The notes under the pieces were generated by a model. The model was given only the letters and a program-made list of their open reading frames with translations, was not told the origin of the DNA and searched no databases. 64,000 nt of DNA, taken from Thermoplasmata archaeon (GTDB taxonomy: Archaea; Thermoplasmatota; Thermoplasmata; RBG-16-68-12). How positions within the stretch are numbered: the first letter of the stretch is position 1; the number at the start of each line of letters is the position of its first letter. Shown in pieces: positions 1 to 9,782 of the stretch. The position numbers and the translations under genes are program-made. The stretch lies in contig DASPYU010000015.1 in the NCBI GenBank assembly GCA_035636595.1, positions 168 through 64,167 on the forward strand, in the 5' to 3' direction.

Positions 1-1114
1 TCGCCTTCGCCGCGGCCGTCGACTCCGCCACGGAGAGATCGACGAGCCGGTCGTCCACGACTGCGTAGAGCTCGGGAATCTTCCCGAGTTCGCCGAATGC
101 GCGGAGGAGTGCCTCTCGAATTCGGTTCGCCTCGCTTCGCCGATTGACGGCGAGCAACCCTCGAAAGAGGAACCAGTTGTCGTGTGGCCACACGCTCCCG
201 GTGTGGTAGGACGTCGGATCGAAATCCGGTTCCAATGTCGAATGGGTTCGCACGCCGTACGGCGTCCAGAGATCGTCGCGGAATAGGCGGGCGACCATCG
301 ACGGGAGTCGGCCGGACGCCACGGAACCGCAGAGCAACAGGTGGCCGGGGTTCGAGGTCACCGCGCGCCGCATCCGTTTCGACCCGTCCAAGGCCAATGC
401 GAAGAATTCGCGGTCTTCCATCCAGAAGTCCTCGTTCAGTCGACGCTTGAGGTGGTCTGCGGACGTGCGGGCGGAGGCTGCCACATCCGTCTCGCCGCGG
501 GCCTGAGCCAAGGAGGCGAACGCGCGATGAGCCGCATAGGCGTATCCCTGCACCTCGACCATGGCGACCGGAGGACCGATCCGCAGGTGGTCGTCAGAAC
601 CATCTTTCCAGGCCTGATGGAAGAGCCCGCGCGGATTCTTCCTCTCGTATTCGACGAAACCGTCGCCGTCGACATCGCCGTACTCGCCGATCCATCGATG
701 CGCAGCAACCAGCGCGGGCCACAGGTCCGAAACGAGACGGAGATCACCCGTTTCCTGCGCATATTCCGACGCAACGATGAGGAAGAGGAGGGTCGAGTCA
801 ACGCTCCCGTAATATGGAAACTTCCAATCGGCCAACTCGGCTCTCGCGGCTGCGCTGAAGCGGTGCTCGTGCAGGATTTTTCCGGGCTGTTCCTCCGACT
901 TCGGATCTTCGGTCCGTCCTTGAAACGAGGCGAGGACGCGGAGGGTCGACGCGGCGATTGACGGGTCGAGCCGGAGGGCCTGCCACGCCGAAATCAAGGA
1001 ATCGCGGCCAAATAGGGTCGCATAGCGGGGCGCCCCGGCCCGGAGGTAGCCGTCCGGCGTCCTCAATCGATCCAAATCCTCTTGCAATCGCGGACGAACG
1101 GGGTTCGCGTCCAC
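1..1114 (-). CDS. Amylo-alpha-1,6-glucosidase / glycogen debranching enzyme family protein (3' end runs off the window)
   Basis: Not in the ORF track because there is no stop in the window. Manual translation from GTG at 1114 gives MDANPVRPRLQEDLDRLRTPDGYLRAGAPRYATLFGRDSLISAWQ...EEQPGKILHE...HQAWKDG...EVQGY...SYHTGSVWPHDN, motifs typical of the family. Confidence 0.85.
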   Translation of the reverse strand, partial: MDANPVRPRLQEDLDRLRTPDGYLRAGAPRYATLFGRDSLISAWQALRLDPSIAASTLRVLASFQGRTEDPKSEEQPGKILHEHRFSAAARAELADWKFPYYGSVDSTLLFLIVASEYAQETGDLRLVSDLWPALVAAHRWIGEYGDVDGDGFVEYERKNPRGLFHQAWKDGSDDHLRIGPPVAMVEVQGYAYAAHRAFASLAQARGETDVAASARTSADHLKRRLNEDFWMEDREFFALALDGSKRMRRAVTSNPGHLLLCGSVASGRLPSMVARLFRDDLWTPYGVRTHSTLEPDFDPTSYHTGSVWPHDNWFLFRGLLAVNRRSEANRIREALLRAFGELGKIPELYAVVDDRLVDLSVAESTAAAKA

Positions 1115-1130
1115 CGGACCGCCGACCGAC

Positions 1131-2246
1131 CTAACGAATCGCGCGTCCCGAACCGCGGTCGAACAAATGAATCCGATCAGGAGGGAAGTGCAACTCGACC
1201 TTCGCACCGGTGTCACCCGCAAAGGTCGCGCCGACGACGGCTTTCAGGATTTTCTCCCCGACTTTCAGGTCGAGGATCGTCGAGTCCCCGAGGGGTTCGG
1301 TCGTGTAAATCTCCGCGGGGACGGACGTCGACGGGAACCGGTAGACCACTATCCCATCCGCTTCGGTCGGCGGCGTCGGATTCACTTTGAGGTCTTGAGG
1401 ACGGATTCCCAGGACGAGCTTCTCCGATGCCGCCTGTTTGAGCGGTTCTACGAATTGGTCTGGAACCGGGATGCGGAAGCTCCCCGCATCGAGGACGTTT
1501 CCGTCGGCCAGGTCGCAGTCAACCAGGTCGATCGGCGGGCTCCCGACGAAGCTCGCGGTGAACGAGTTCGCGGGGCGATTGTACAGCGTCTGCGGGGCGT
1601 CGTACTGCTGCAGGACCCCTTTGTGCAGGAGGGCGACCCGGTCCGCCATGGTCATCGCTTCGACCTGGTCGTGCGTCACATAGATTGTCGTCACCCCGAG
1701 GACTTCCTGGAGTTTTTTCAACTCGGCTCGCATGTGGACTCGGAGTTGCGCGTCGAGGTTGCTGAGCGGTTCATCCATGAGGAAGACCTGTGGCTCGCGG
1801 ACGATCGCCCGTCCGACGGCGACCCGTTGACGTTGGCCTCCGCTCAGTTGGCTCGGTTTTCGCCCCAGTAGACCCTCGATTTGCAGGAGCTTCGCGACTC
1901 GGTTCACGGAGGCGATAATCTCTCGCTCCGCGACCTTAGCGTTCTCGAGGGGAAACGCCATGTTCTTGTACACGGTCATGTGCGGGTAGAGCGCGTAACT
2001 CTGGAACACCATCGCAACGTTGCGATCCTTTGGATCGAGGTCGTTCACGAGGCGATCGCCGATGTAGATTTCGCCTTCATCGGCGGATTCGAGCCCCGCG
2101 ACGCAACGCAAGGTCGTGGTCTTGCCGCACCCGCTCGGGCCAAGGAGCACGACGAACTCCCGGTCCTTGACCTCGAGGTTCAGCTCTTTCACCGCGGGCA
2201 TGTCGTCGTAGGACTTCGTGAGCCCCCGCAACTCGACACGCGCCAA
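1131..2246 (-). CDS. Sugar ABC transporter ATP-binding subunit (MalK/SugC family)
   Basis: C-terminal part of ORF 1131..3665. Walker A GPSGCGKT, VFQSYALYPH, signature LSGGQRQR, Walker B FLMDEP. TTG start inferred at 2246. Confidence 0.93.
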   Translation of the reverse strand: MARVELRGLTKSYDDMPAVKELNLEVKDREFVVLLGPSGCGKTTTLRCVAGLESADEGEIYIGDRLVNDLDPKDRNVAMVFQSYALYPHMTVYKNMAFPLENAKVAEREIIASVNRVAKLLQIEGLLGRKPSQLSGGQRQRVAVGRAIVREPQVFLMDEPLSNLDAQLRVHMRAELKKLQEVLGVTTIYVTHDQVEAMTMADRVALLHKGVLQQYDAPQTLYNRPANSFTASFVGSPPIDLVDCDLADGNVLDAGSFRIPVPDQFVEPLKQAASEKLVLGIRPQDLKVNPTPPTEADGIVVYRFPSTSVPAEIYTTEPLGDSTILDLKVGEKILKAVVGATFAGDTGAKVELHFPPDRIHLFDRGSGRAIR

Positions 2247-2315
2247 GGCGAGTTCGGACGGGGAAGAACGGATAAATAATCTTCGCCTTCCTCCCGACGT
2301 CGCGAGGTGCGTCCA

Positions 2316-3551
2316 ATGGAGGAAGTCCGGGTTGCGGAGAAACGGCTCTCGGACTATCGCGCAATCATTGGCGCGTCTGCGTTCTCCCAGATCCTCGCGC
2401 TCGCGAGCAAGCTCAAGGGCAAGCGCATCGCGCACATCAACGCAACGGCCTACGGGGGCGGGGTCGCCGAGCTGCTCCAGAGCCTCGTGGCGCTGCAGCG
2501 AGACGTCGGCCTCGACGCCCACTGGTTCGTGCTGTCGGGCTCGAACGCGTTCTTCACCGCGACGAAGGCGATGCACAATGGGCTCCAGGGGTCCGAGGCC
2601 CCGCTCACGCCCGACATGCTGTCGGCGTATCAACACTTCAACGAACTGAATGCGGCGACGTTCAAAGACGAGTACGACTACGTGATCATCCATGACCCGC
2701 AGCCCGCGCCGTTCGTGTCCCTCTGCGAGAGGAAGGGCGCGTGGCTCTGGCGGTGTCACATCGACCTGACATCTCCGAATCCGTCCGTCCTCCGCGTCCT
2801 CGAGCCGTTTCTGAAGGAGTACGACGCGGCGGTCTTCAGTGCGCGGGAGTACGCCCCGCGGGACATCCCGTTCAAGCGGATTTATGTGAATCCGCCGGCG
2901 ATTGATCCGGTCAGCCCGAAGAACCGCCACGTGTACGACGAGGAGAGAGAGACGATCTTGTCCCGGTTCGACGTCGACTTCGACCGCCCGGTCATCAGCC
3001 AGGTCGGGCGGTTCGATCCGTGGAAGGATCCGCTCGGCGTCATCGACGCGTACCGCCTCGTCAAAAAGAAGATCCCGAAGGTCCAGCTGCTGATGGTCGC
3101 GTCGATGGCCCGCGATGATCCGGAGGGGTGGCTCGTCTTCGAGCAATCCGCGCGACACGCAGGCCAGGACCCAGACATCCATTTCCTCACGGATCTCCGT
3201 GGGGTAGGGGCGCTCGAGGTGAACGTCCTGCAACGGGAGACGGACGTCTCGCTCGCGAAATCGCTCCGCGAGGGTTTCGGCCTCATCGTGAGCGAGTCCC
3301 TCTGGAAGCGCGTCCCCGTCGTCGGCGGGGACGTCGGCGGCATCCGCCTCCAGATCCGCGACGGGCGGCACGGCTATCTCGTCTCGAGCGTCAAGGAGGC
3401 CGCGAACCGGACCGTGCAGCTGCTCCGAGACGAGGCCCGAAGGAAGGCGATGGGGCGGGCCGGGCGCGAGCAGGTTCGGCGGCACTTCCTCATCACTCGC
3501 TACCTGCGCGAGTATCTGCGGATCTTTGCGGAGCTCAAGCCGGCCGCCTGA
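2316..3551 (+). CDS. treT: Trehalose synthase TreT (GT4 glycosyltransferase)
   Basis: Motifs GGGVAELL, IHDPQP, WRCHID, QVGRFDPWKDPLGVI, EGFGLIVSESLWK. GAGGTG RBS 6 nt before ATG 2316. Confidence 0.9.
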   Translation: MEEVRVAEKRLSDYRAIIGASAFSQILALASKLKGKRIAHINATAYGGGVAELLQSLVALQRDVGLDAHWFVLSGSNAFFTATKAMHNGLQGSEAPLTPDMLSAYQHFNELNAATFKDEYDYVIIHDPQPAPFVSLCERKGAWLWRCHIDLTSPNPSVLRVLEPFLKEYDAAVFSAREYAPRDIPFKRIYVNPPAIDPVSPKNRHVYDEERETILSRFDVDFDRPVISQVGRFDPWKDPLGVIDAYRLVKKKIPKVQLLMVASMARDDPEGWLVFEQSARHAGQDPDIHFLTDLRGVGALEVNVLQRETDVSLAKSLREGFGLIVSESLWKRVPVVGGDVGGIRLQIRDGRHGYLVSSVKEAANRTVQLLRDEARRKAMGRAGREQVRRHFLITRYLREYLRIFAELKPAA

Positions 3552-3608
3552 GCCCTCGCGGACGGAATCCTTATTTCCTCCGGAGTGCGTGCGCCGACGA
3601 GGTTGTAC

Positions 3609-3860
3609 ATGGAGCAGGGCTCTCCGATGCCGCACTGGCGCGATGATCGATGGTCGATGATGCAAGGGCTGCGGGTCCGCATCGCCGTCTCGATCATGAC
3701 CGGCGTCGGTTGGCTCTCGTTCGTGCTGCTCTACGCCGCGTTCTGGACGTCGGGCTTCTCGCTCTTCCAGAGCATCGTGATTGTCCTCGTCTCGGCTCTG
3801 ATCGCCGCGGGAATTATGGGCGCCATGTGGGCGTCCTGGGGAATGCGGTTCGCCCGTTGA
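3609..3860 (+). CDS. Small two-TM membrane protein
   Basis: Two hydrophobic helices; follows treT on the same strand. Confidence 0.7.
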   Translation: MEQGSPMPHWRDDRWSMMQGLRVRIAVSIMTGVGWLSFVLLYAAFWTSGFSLFQSIVIVLVSALIAAGIMGAMWASWGMRFAR

Positions 3861-3876
3861 GCCGCCACGGACGGCA

Positions 3877-4560
3877 TCACGACAGCGAATCTCGAAGGAG
3901 CCGGCGGATGCCGCGCCGGAGATGCTGACTGACGGTATTCCGACTTAGCCCGGTCAGCTCGGACAACTTCGTGAGTCCGACTCTCGCAGGAATCTCGAAG
4001 TATCCCAGGTTCCACGCGAGACTGAGAATCTCCCGCTGCCTCCCGGTGAGCGCGTCCTCGAATCCGCCGGCGCCGTGGCGGATCTCCCTTCGGCTGCGGA
4101 GGCGCCATCCGACCCCGAGGGAGTCGAGCAGGCCGAAGACCGCCTTCGATGTGACCTCGTCCGCGAGGAACGAGAGGGTCGCGGCCTCTTCGCGGATGAT
4201 GGTGGGCGTCGTCGGCGTGACGCCGGCGCCGAGATCCTCGAGCAGGGCCTCGAGCACCGCGGGATTGTGCTGCCGCAAGAGGGCGACGTACGCCCGCCCG
4301 CCGTCCTCGACCCGAAGGATCTCGAAATCCCGAAGATGGTACTTCTTCCGCAACCGCTCGCGGGACCGCATGATGTCGTCGATCGATCGCGATGGGCCGG
4401 ACCGCACGACGCGCACGAGCAGGACGCGCTCCCGCGGTTGGAACGCGTACACATGCAGGATCTCAACGGACTCGTTGTGGCGGAAGAAGCTGGAGGGGAC
4501 GATGCCTTCCCGGACGAGCAGGTCGACCGGCACGCTGATGGTGACGCGCCGCAGCGGCAT
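3877..4560 (-). CDS. Transcriptional regulator with C-terminal Bat/HTH_10-type helix-turn-helix
   Basis: C-terminal LTGRQREILSLAWNLGYFEIPARVGLTKLSELTGLSRNTVSQHLRRG matches the HTH_10 pattern. Confidence 0.85.
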   Translation of the reverse strand: MPLRRVTISVPVDLLVREGIVPSSFFRHNESVEILHVYAFQPRERVLLVRVVRSGPSRSIDDIMRSRERLRKKYHLRDFEILRVEDGGRAYVALLRQHNPAVLEALLEDLGAGVTPTTPTIIREEAATLSFLADEVTSKAVFGLLDSLGVGWRLRSRREIRHGAGGFEDALTGRQREILSLAWNLGYFEIPARVGLTKLSELTGLSRNTVSQHLRRGIRRLLRDSLS

Positions 4561-4620
4561 GGTTACCGGTAATCACTCGGCTAGATATAGGCCGCCCGTG
4601 TCCTCGTCCTCGGGGAGACG

Positions 4621-4995
4621 ATGGACCCGGTCGTGGGCGGCAAAGGCGCGGTCGTGCGGAACCTCCCGGAGGAGCCGTGGGAGAAAGGGATCGGCCCGGG
4701 GATCGTGGACAAGAAGATCATGGGGCCCGGGGACAGCAATTTCATGCTGATGGGCATCGCCCGCATGGACCCTGGCGTGAAGTCGCCGCCGCACCGCCAC
4801 CGGTACACGCAGATCTTCTACATCATGGAGGGCCGAGGCGAGATCATCGCCGACGGCACCTCGTACGAAATCGGCGCAGGGTCCGTCGCGCGTTTCCTCA
4901 AGGGGGAGACGCACACGGTCATCAACCCGGGCCCGGGTCCGCTGACGCTCATCGAGGTCCGCGTCCTCCCGAGGGACCAGACGGTCTGGGAATAG
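4621..4995 (+). CDS. Cupin domain protein
   Basis: PPHRH...IFYIMEGRG...GETHTVIN cupin motifs. Confidence 0.85.
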   Translation: MDPVVGGKGAVVRNLPEEPWEKGIGPGIVDKKIMGPGDSNFMLMGIARMDPGVKSPPHRHRYTQIFYIMEGRGEIIADGTSYEIGAGSVARFLKGETHTVINPGPGPLTLIEVRVLPRDQTVWE

Positions 4996-4996
4996 G

Positions 4997-5923
4997 ATGG
5001 CCACGTGGCGGACGTGGTTCAAGGCGACGCAGCCGCAGAGCTTCGTCGCGTCCCTGGTCGGCGTCGCGCTCGGGACCGCGATCGCGTGGCGTCGCGCGGG
5101 GACGTTCGACACCGCAGGCTTGGCGCTGACCGCGATCGGGGTCGTGTTCCTCCATGCCGCGACGAACATGAGTAACGACTCGATCGATTTCAAGCGGGGC
5201 GTCGACAACTTGCCACCGCATCTCGTCAGCCCCTTCACCGGCGGAGCTCGCGTCCTCCCAGATGCTGCGGTGTCTTTCGAGGCACATCGTCGGGCCTGGA
5301 TGGCGTTCTTCGTGGCGGGAGGACTCATCGGTCTCTTGCTCGCGTTCACCCGACCGAACGGGTGGATCGTCCTCGTCCTCGGAGGAATCGGCGGTGCAAT
5401 CGGCATCTTCTACACGTTGCCACCGCTCGCGCTGCAGTACCACGGCATCGGCGAGATCGCGGTGGCGGTGATCTTCGGGCCGATCGTCGTCCTCGGATCC
5501 TACGCGGTCCAGACGGGCGCGGTGGCGTGGGAACCGATCCTCGCGTCGATCCCGCTCGGACTCCTTGTGGCGGCATTCCTCCTCGTGAACGAGATGCCGG
5601 AGCACGAGACGGATCCGCGGGGCGGCAAGCGTACGATTCCCGCGAGGATCGGACTCGAGAAGTCTCTGCGCCTTTACGAGATGCTCGTGATTCTCGCGCT
5701 CGTCCTCCTGATTGTCTTCGCAATCCCGGGCCTCATCGCGCGAACCGCATTGCTCGGAATCATCGCCATCCTTCCTCTTACGAAGGCGCGTCCGGTTCTG
5801 CGGGCACACTTCCGGGAGTATCCGGCACACATCCCGGCGAATGCCGGGACGATTCAGGCCGTCCTCCTACTCGGAGTGGGGATGACGGTCGGATACGTCG
5901 TCGCGGGCATCGCAGGACTATAG
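4997..5923 (+). CDS. menA: MenA/UbiA-family prenyltransferase
   Basis: NMSNDSIDFKRGVD, FYTLPPLALQYHGIGE, NEMPEHETDPRGGKRT; multi-TM. Confidence 0.8.
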   Translation: MATWRTWFKATQPQSFVASLVGVALGTAIAWRRAGTFDTAGLALTAIGVVFLHAATNMSNDSIDFKRGVDNLPPHLVSPFTGGARVLPDAAVSFEAHRRAWMAFFVAGGLIGLLLAFTRPNGWIVLVLGGIGGAIGIFYTLPPLALQYHGIGEIAVAVIFGPIVVLGSYAVQTGAVAWEPILASIPLGLLVAAFLLVNEMPEHETDPRGGKRTIPARIGLEKSLRLYEMLVILALVLLIVFAIPGLIARTALLGIIAILPLTKARPVLRAHFREYPAHIPANAGTIQAVLLLGVGMTVGYVVAGIAGL

Positions 5924-6823
5924 GCCGTAAAGGAAACCCAGGACCATCGAGATGCCAACGAGCACGTGGGTGACGATCGTCGCCGCGATGGCAAACTCGA
6001 ATTTCTCCCGCGGAGGCGATCGGCGCAAGAAGGGAGCCGCCATCGAGATGAGCGCAACGATGGCGACACTCGTCCCGGACGCCACCGCACCCGTGCCCTC
6101 CCGGACGAACCAAAGAATCCCGATCGGGATCGGCGCCGAGAATAGTCCGAAGAAAATCCCCGAGGCCCGCCGGACTCCGAGGATCGTCACCGGGGTTCGC
6201 TTGCCCTTCGCACGATCTTCGTCCGCGTTCGAAAAGTATCGAGCAAAAGAAATCGCCGCAGCCAGGAACCCGAGCATCAGTGACGCGAAGAAGCTCGATT
6301 CGATGCCGACACCGCCAAACGCCACCGTCGCTCCAATCGTCATGATCGGCCCGAAAGCAAGGAACGTCGAGAGTTCCCCGATGCCGCGGTAGCTCAACTT
6401 CAGCGGGGGCGAGCTGTAGCTCCACGCGAGAGCCGCTCCCGCGAGGCCCAAGAGGAACAGAATCACGTTCGCGGTGATGGCCACGAGGCCGAGCCCGGCG
6501 ATGACGCCGAGAGCAAAGAATGCCGCACCGACGTCACGGACTTTCCGCGGATCCTTCGCGAGGCCAATCGCTGCACCGCTGTCGAACGCGAGCCAGGAAC
6601 CCGCGGAGGAGGGAGGCGCGGTCCGGTCGAGGCCTTCGTAGTACCCTTTGAAGAGATTCGCGCCGGCCTGGATGCCGATCAGGGAGAGGAGGATCAGGGC
6701 CAAGTACTCCGGACGAAACGACGCGCCCGCGGCGAGCGCCGCCGACGTCCCGACGAGCGCCGGGACGATCGACGCTTCGAACAGGATCGCCTGCGACGCG
6801 CGGATCCATTCGAGGGCCTTCAT
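5918..6823 (-). CDS. Second MenA/UbiA-family prenyltransferase-like protein with degenerate Asp-rich motifs
   Basis: YSSPPLKLSYRGIGE and DRAKGKRT motifs; multi-TM. ATG start inferred at 6823. Confidence 0.75.
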   Translation of the reverse strand: MKALEWIRASQAILFEASIVPALVGTSAALAAGASFRPEYLALILLSLIGIQAGANLFKGYYEGLDRTAPPSSAGSWLAFDSGAAIGLAKDPRKVRDVGAAFFALGVIAGLGLVAITANVILFLLGLAGAALAWSYSSPPLKLSYRGIGELSTFLAFGPIMTIGATVAFGGVGIESSFFASLMLGFLAAAISFARYFSNADEDRAKGKRTPVTILGVRRASGIFFGLFSAPIPIGILWFVREGTGAVASGTSVAIVALISMAAPFLRRSPPREKFEFAIAATIVTHVLVGISMVLGFLYGL

Positions 6824-6960
6824 CGGTCTCGCCCAGCGACGTTCCGAGAAAAAGGGTTCCGGCCGTACGCGGTCGAATGGGTCTCGCAACTGAGAATACA
6901 TCCTGCCGCGAAATGTTCCGTCTTGGTCAGTCTTAAATGGAGATGGCTCGTTGCCGGCGC

Positions 6961-9633
6961 GTGGCGCGGGGGTATCGGCGGAAGCGGTTCTACCCGACCC
7001 CGATGCGCATCCTGGCCCACCTGTCGTCGACCGCCGCGCACGAGCCCGCGACCCTCTCGGCCCTGACGCAGGAAGGCATCGCCGCCGCGACCCACTCGGG
7101 CCGCACGACCGCGACGAAGTGGCTCATGCGGATGGAAGCCTCCGGCCTCGTGGCGGGGGAGCGCGCGCACGTCCCCGGGCATCGCGTCCGCAAGACCGTC
7201 TATCGGCTCAGCCACGAGGGCTGGGTCGAGGCGATGAACCTCCGCAAGCGGCTGCGATCCGACATCGTCGAGGTCGTCGCGCCGAATCTCGATCCGACGC
7301 CGATGCGCGTCGCCGACATCCCGGACATCTTTCCCGCGTACGTCAACTTGACCGCGGCCGTCTCCCTGATCAAGGGAGGCCGACTCGACTTCACCCGACT
7401 CCATGGGATCGGCTCGGGGTCCGTTGCCCCGATCCTCTGGGGCGACACGTTGCGCCGCCTGGGGCGGTTGTTCGGCCGATCGGAGGAGTTCCGGGTCATG
7501 GACGCGTGGGTTTCGTCGTCCTCCGCAGTCCTCGTCGTCACCGGCATCGCCGGGATCGGGAAGAGCACCGTGGTCGCGAGCTGGCTCGTCCGGCAGCGTC
7601 CCCGGCCCTACATCTACTGGTTCGAAATCCACGACGGCACGACGCGGTCCGTGTTCCTCCGGGACCTTGCCGCGTTCCTGGCCCGGCTCGGCCATCGCGG
7701 GCTGACGAACCTCCTCGCGGAAGGCGGCGCGGAAGACCGACAGGTGACCGCGCGCGTCTTGGCCCACGACCTCGAGGACTTACCGATCCTGCTCGTCCTC
7801 GATAACCTCCATCGTGCGAACCCGGATCTCTCACGTTTCATCGCCGGCCCGATCCTCGAGATCTGCCTGTCGACGCCGACGAAAGCGATCCTGATTTCAC
7901 GCACCCTGCCCGCGAGTTTGACGCGACGCAAACCCACCAACGGATCGCGGGTCGACGTGCTGCGGATGGGCGGCCTCGACATCGATGCCTCGCTCTCGCT
8001 GCTCCGGGCGAAGGGCTTCGCGGGCGATGAGCTGGCATTGAAACGGGCCGCGGATTCCGCGCGCGGCCATCCGATCCTCCTCTCCTTCGCCGCGCAGACC
8101 GGATCGACGGTCAGCGGCGAGATGACCCGCTACCTCGAGCGCGAGATCTGGCGCACACTCTCGAAGGACGAACGGATCCTCCTGGAGGCCGCATCCCTGT
8201 TCCGGGGCCTCGTCCCGATCGACGCGCTCCACTGCTTCACGTCGGAGTGGCAGGCGGCCGTCCACACGCTGCAGACGAAAAACCTCCTCGCTCCGACCAT
8301 CTCCGGCGGCCTCGTCGTACACGACTCGATCCGCGAATACATCCGAGATCGGCTCCCGGACCCGCGCCGGCGTTCGTTCCACTCCCAGGCGTCGGGGTAC
8401 TTCCTCGACGGATCGGAGATGCACGACCGCCTCGAGGGGATGTATCACCTCGTCGAAGGAGGCGACCGCTCCGCCTTCGGCGTGTACCTGACGTCGCACG
8501 GCGCGGGGCTGCTCGACTCCGTCCCGGCGTCGGAACTCCTCACGGTCCTGCGAGGGATCGACGGCGGGGACCTGGAGGCGCTGCCGGCGTGCGTGCTCCC
8601 GGAGGTCCTCGGCGATGCGCTGCGGGCCGTCGGGGACATGCAGCCCGCGCTCCTGGAATACCGCCACGCGGTGCAGCGATGCGAGACGACGGCGCGCCCG
8701 GAGCGAATCCCGCGGCTCCTACGGAAGATCGCGTCGATCGAACGGTGCCGCAACGAGCCCGCGAAGGCGCTCGGCCACCTGATCGAGGCGCAGGCCCGCC
8801 TCGAGGCGAACCCCGACATGTCGGAACAAGCCGACGTGTTTCGCGAGACCGCGCTCCTCGAACAATCCGCGGGCAAGCTCTCGGACGCGGCGGCCCACAT
8901 GAACCAGTCGGTCGACCTCGCGACCGAGGTCTCGGAGCCCGGCGCACTCGCCCGAAGCTTGGCGGCACTTGGAATGATCGAGGCGGAGCGGGGGAACCGC
9001 GACCGCGGCCTCGACTACAAGCTCGAAAGCCTCCGGATCGCGGAACGGGGCGGGAACCTCACGGAGACCGCGCGGGCGTGCATCTCCGTCGGCGTCTCGC
9101 TGCACGACCTGGGGCGGCACGAGGAGAGCCTGAAATATTACGACCGCGCCCTCCAATTGGCCCGGCTCGTCGGGAACATCCGCCTTCAGGCGTACGCGAT
9201 GATGGATCGAGCGGCCGCGATGATGGACCTCGGACTCTTCCAAGAGGCCGGTCCGATCCTCGAGGAGTCGAAGCGCCTCGTGCAGGTCCTCGAGGAACGC
9301 GACACCTTATTTTTGATCGACATCACCGACGGCCAGCGAGAGATGGGACTGGGCCGATGGAACCGCGCGACGCGCCTCTTCGATCGCGGGCTCCGCGGGC
9401 TAAAAGAAATCGGCGGCTTGTCCGACTACGCCCGGGCCCTCATCTACGTCGGGCGCTTCTACCTGGAACGGGGGGAGCGCGAGCCGAGTCTGAAGATCCT
9501 CCAGGAGGCCCGCGCCGTCGCCCGGCGTCTCGGGAGTCCGTTGCTCTCCGCGCAGGTCGATGAGCTCGTCGAGCGCGTGGGGTCCTCGAAGGTCCCGGCC
9601 TCGGCGGGCAGGACTCCGCCCGACGCTCAGTGA
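6961..9633 (+). CDS. wHTH-STAND NTPase-TPR protein (MalT/NLR-like architecture)
   Basis: N-terminal winged HTH, Walker A GIAGIGKS, Walker B LLVLDNLH, GHP motif, VHDSIREY (MHD-like), then TPR-like helical repeats. Start uncertain (6937, 6961 or 7003). Confidence 0.85.
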   Translation: MARGYRRKRFYPTPMRILAHLSSTAAHEPATLSALTQEGIAAATHSGRTTATKWLMRMEASGLVAGERAHVPGHRVRKTVYRLSHEGWVEAMNLRKRLRSDIVEVVAPNLDPTPMRVADIPDIFPAYVNLTAAVSLIKGGRLDFTRLHGIGSGSVAPILWGDTLRRLGRLFGRSEEFRVMDAWVSSSSAVLVVTGIAGIGKSTVVASWLVRQRPRPYIYWFEIHDGTTRSVFLRDLAAFLARLGHRGLTNLLAEGGAEDRQVTARVLAHDLEDLPILLVLDNLHRANPDLSRFIAGPILEICLSTPTKAILISRTLPASLTRRKPTNGSRVDVLRMGGLDIDASLSLLRAKGFAGDELALKRAADSARGHPILLSFAAQTGSTVSGEMTRYLEREIWRTLSKDERILLEAASLFRGLVPIDALHCFTSEWQAAVHTLQTKNLLAPTISGGLVVHDSIREYIRDRLPDPRRRSFHSQASGYFLDGSEMHDRLEGMYHLVEGGDRSAFGVYLTSHGAGLLDSVPASELLTVLRGIDGGDLEALPACVLPEVLGDALRAVGDMQPALLEYRHAVQRCETTARPERIPRLLRKIASIERCRNEPAKALGHLIEAQARLEANPDMSEQADVFRETALLEQSAGKLSDAAAHMNQSVDLATEVSEPGALARSLAALGMIEAERGNRDRGLDYKLESLRIAERGGNLTETARACISVGVSLHDLGRHEESLKYYDRALQLARLVGNIRLQAYAMMDRAAAMMDLGLFQEAGPILEESKRLVQVLEERDTLFLIDITDGQREMGLGRWNRATRLFDRGLRGLKEIGGLSDYARALIYVGRFYLERGEREPSLKILQEARAVARRLGSPLLSAQVDELVERVGSSKVPASAGRTPPDAQ

Positions 9634-9782
9634 GGCTCTTTCGGCGGCCCGTCCACGAACGTCACCTCTCCGGGTCTCGGGACCGCCGTATTTTCGCATT
9701 TAAGAATGACGCGACTTGTTACGTTTTCCCCGGTCCGGCGGGCGTCCCTTCGGATTTATCGTGCGCGGTGCGATGCGAGGCC

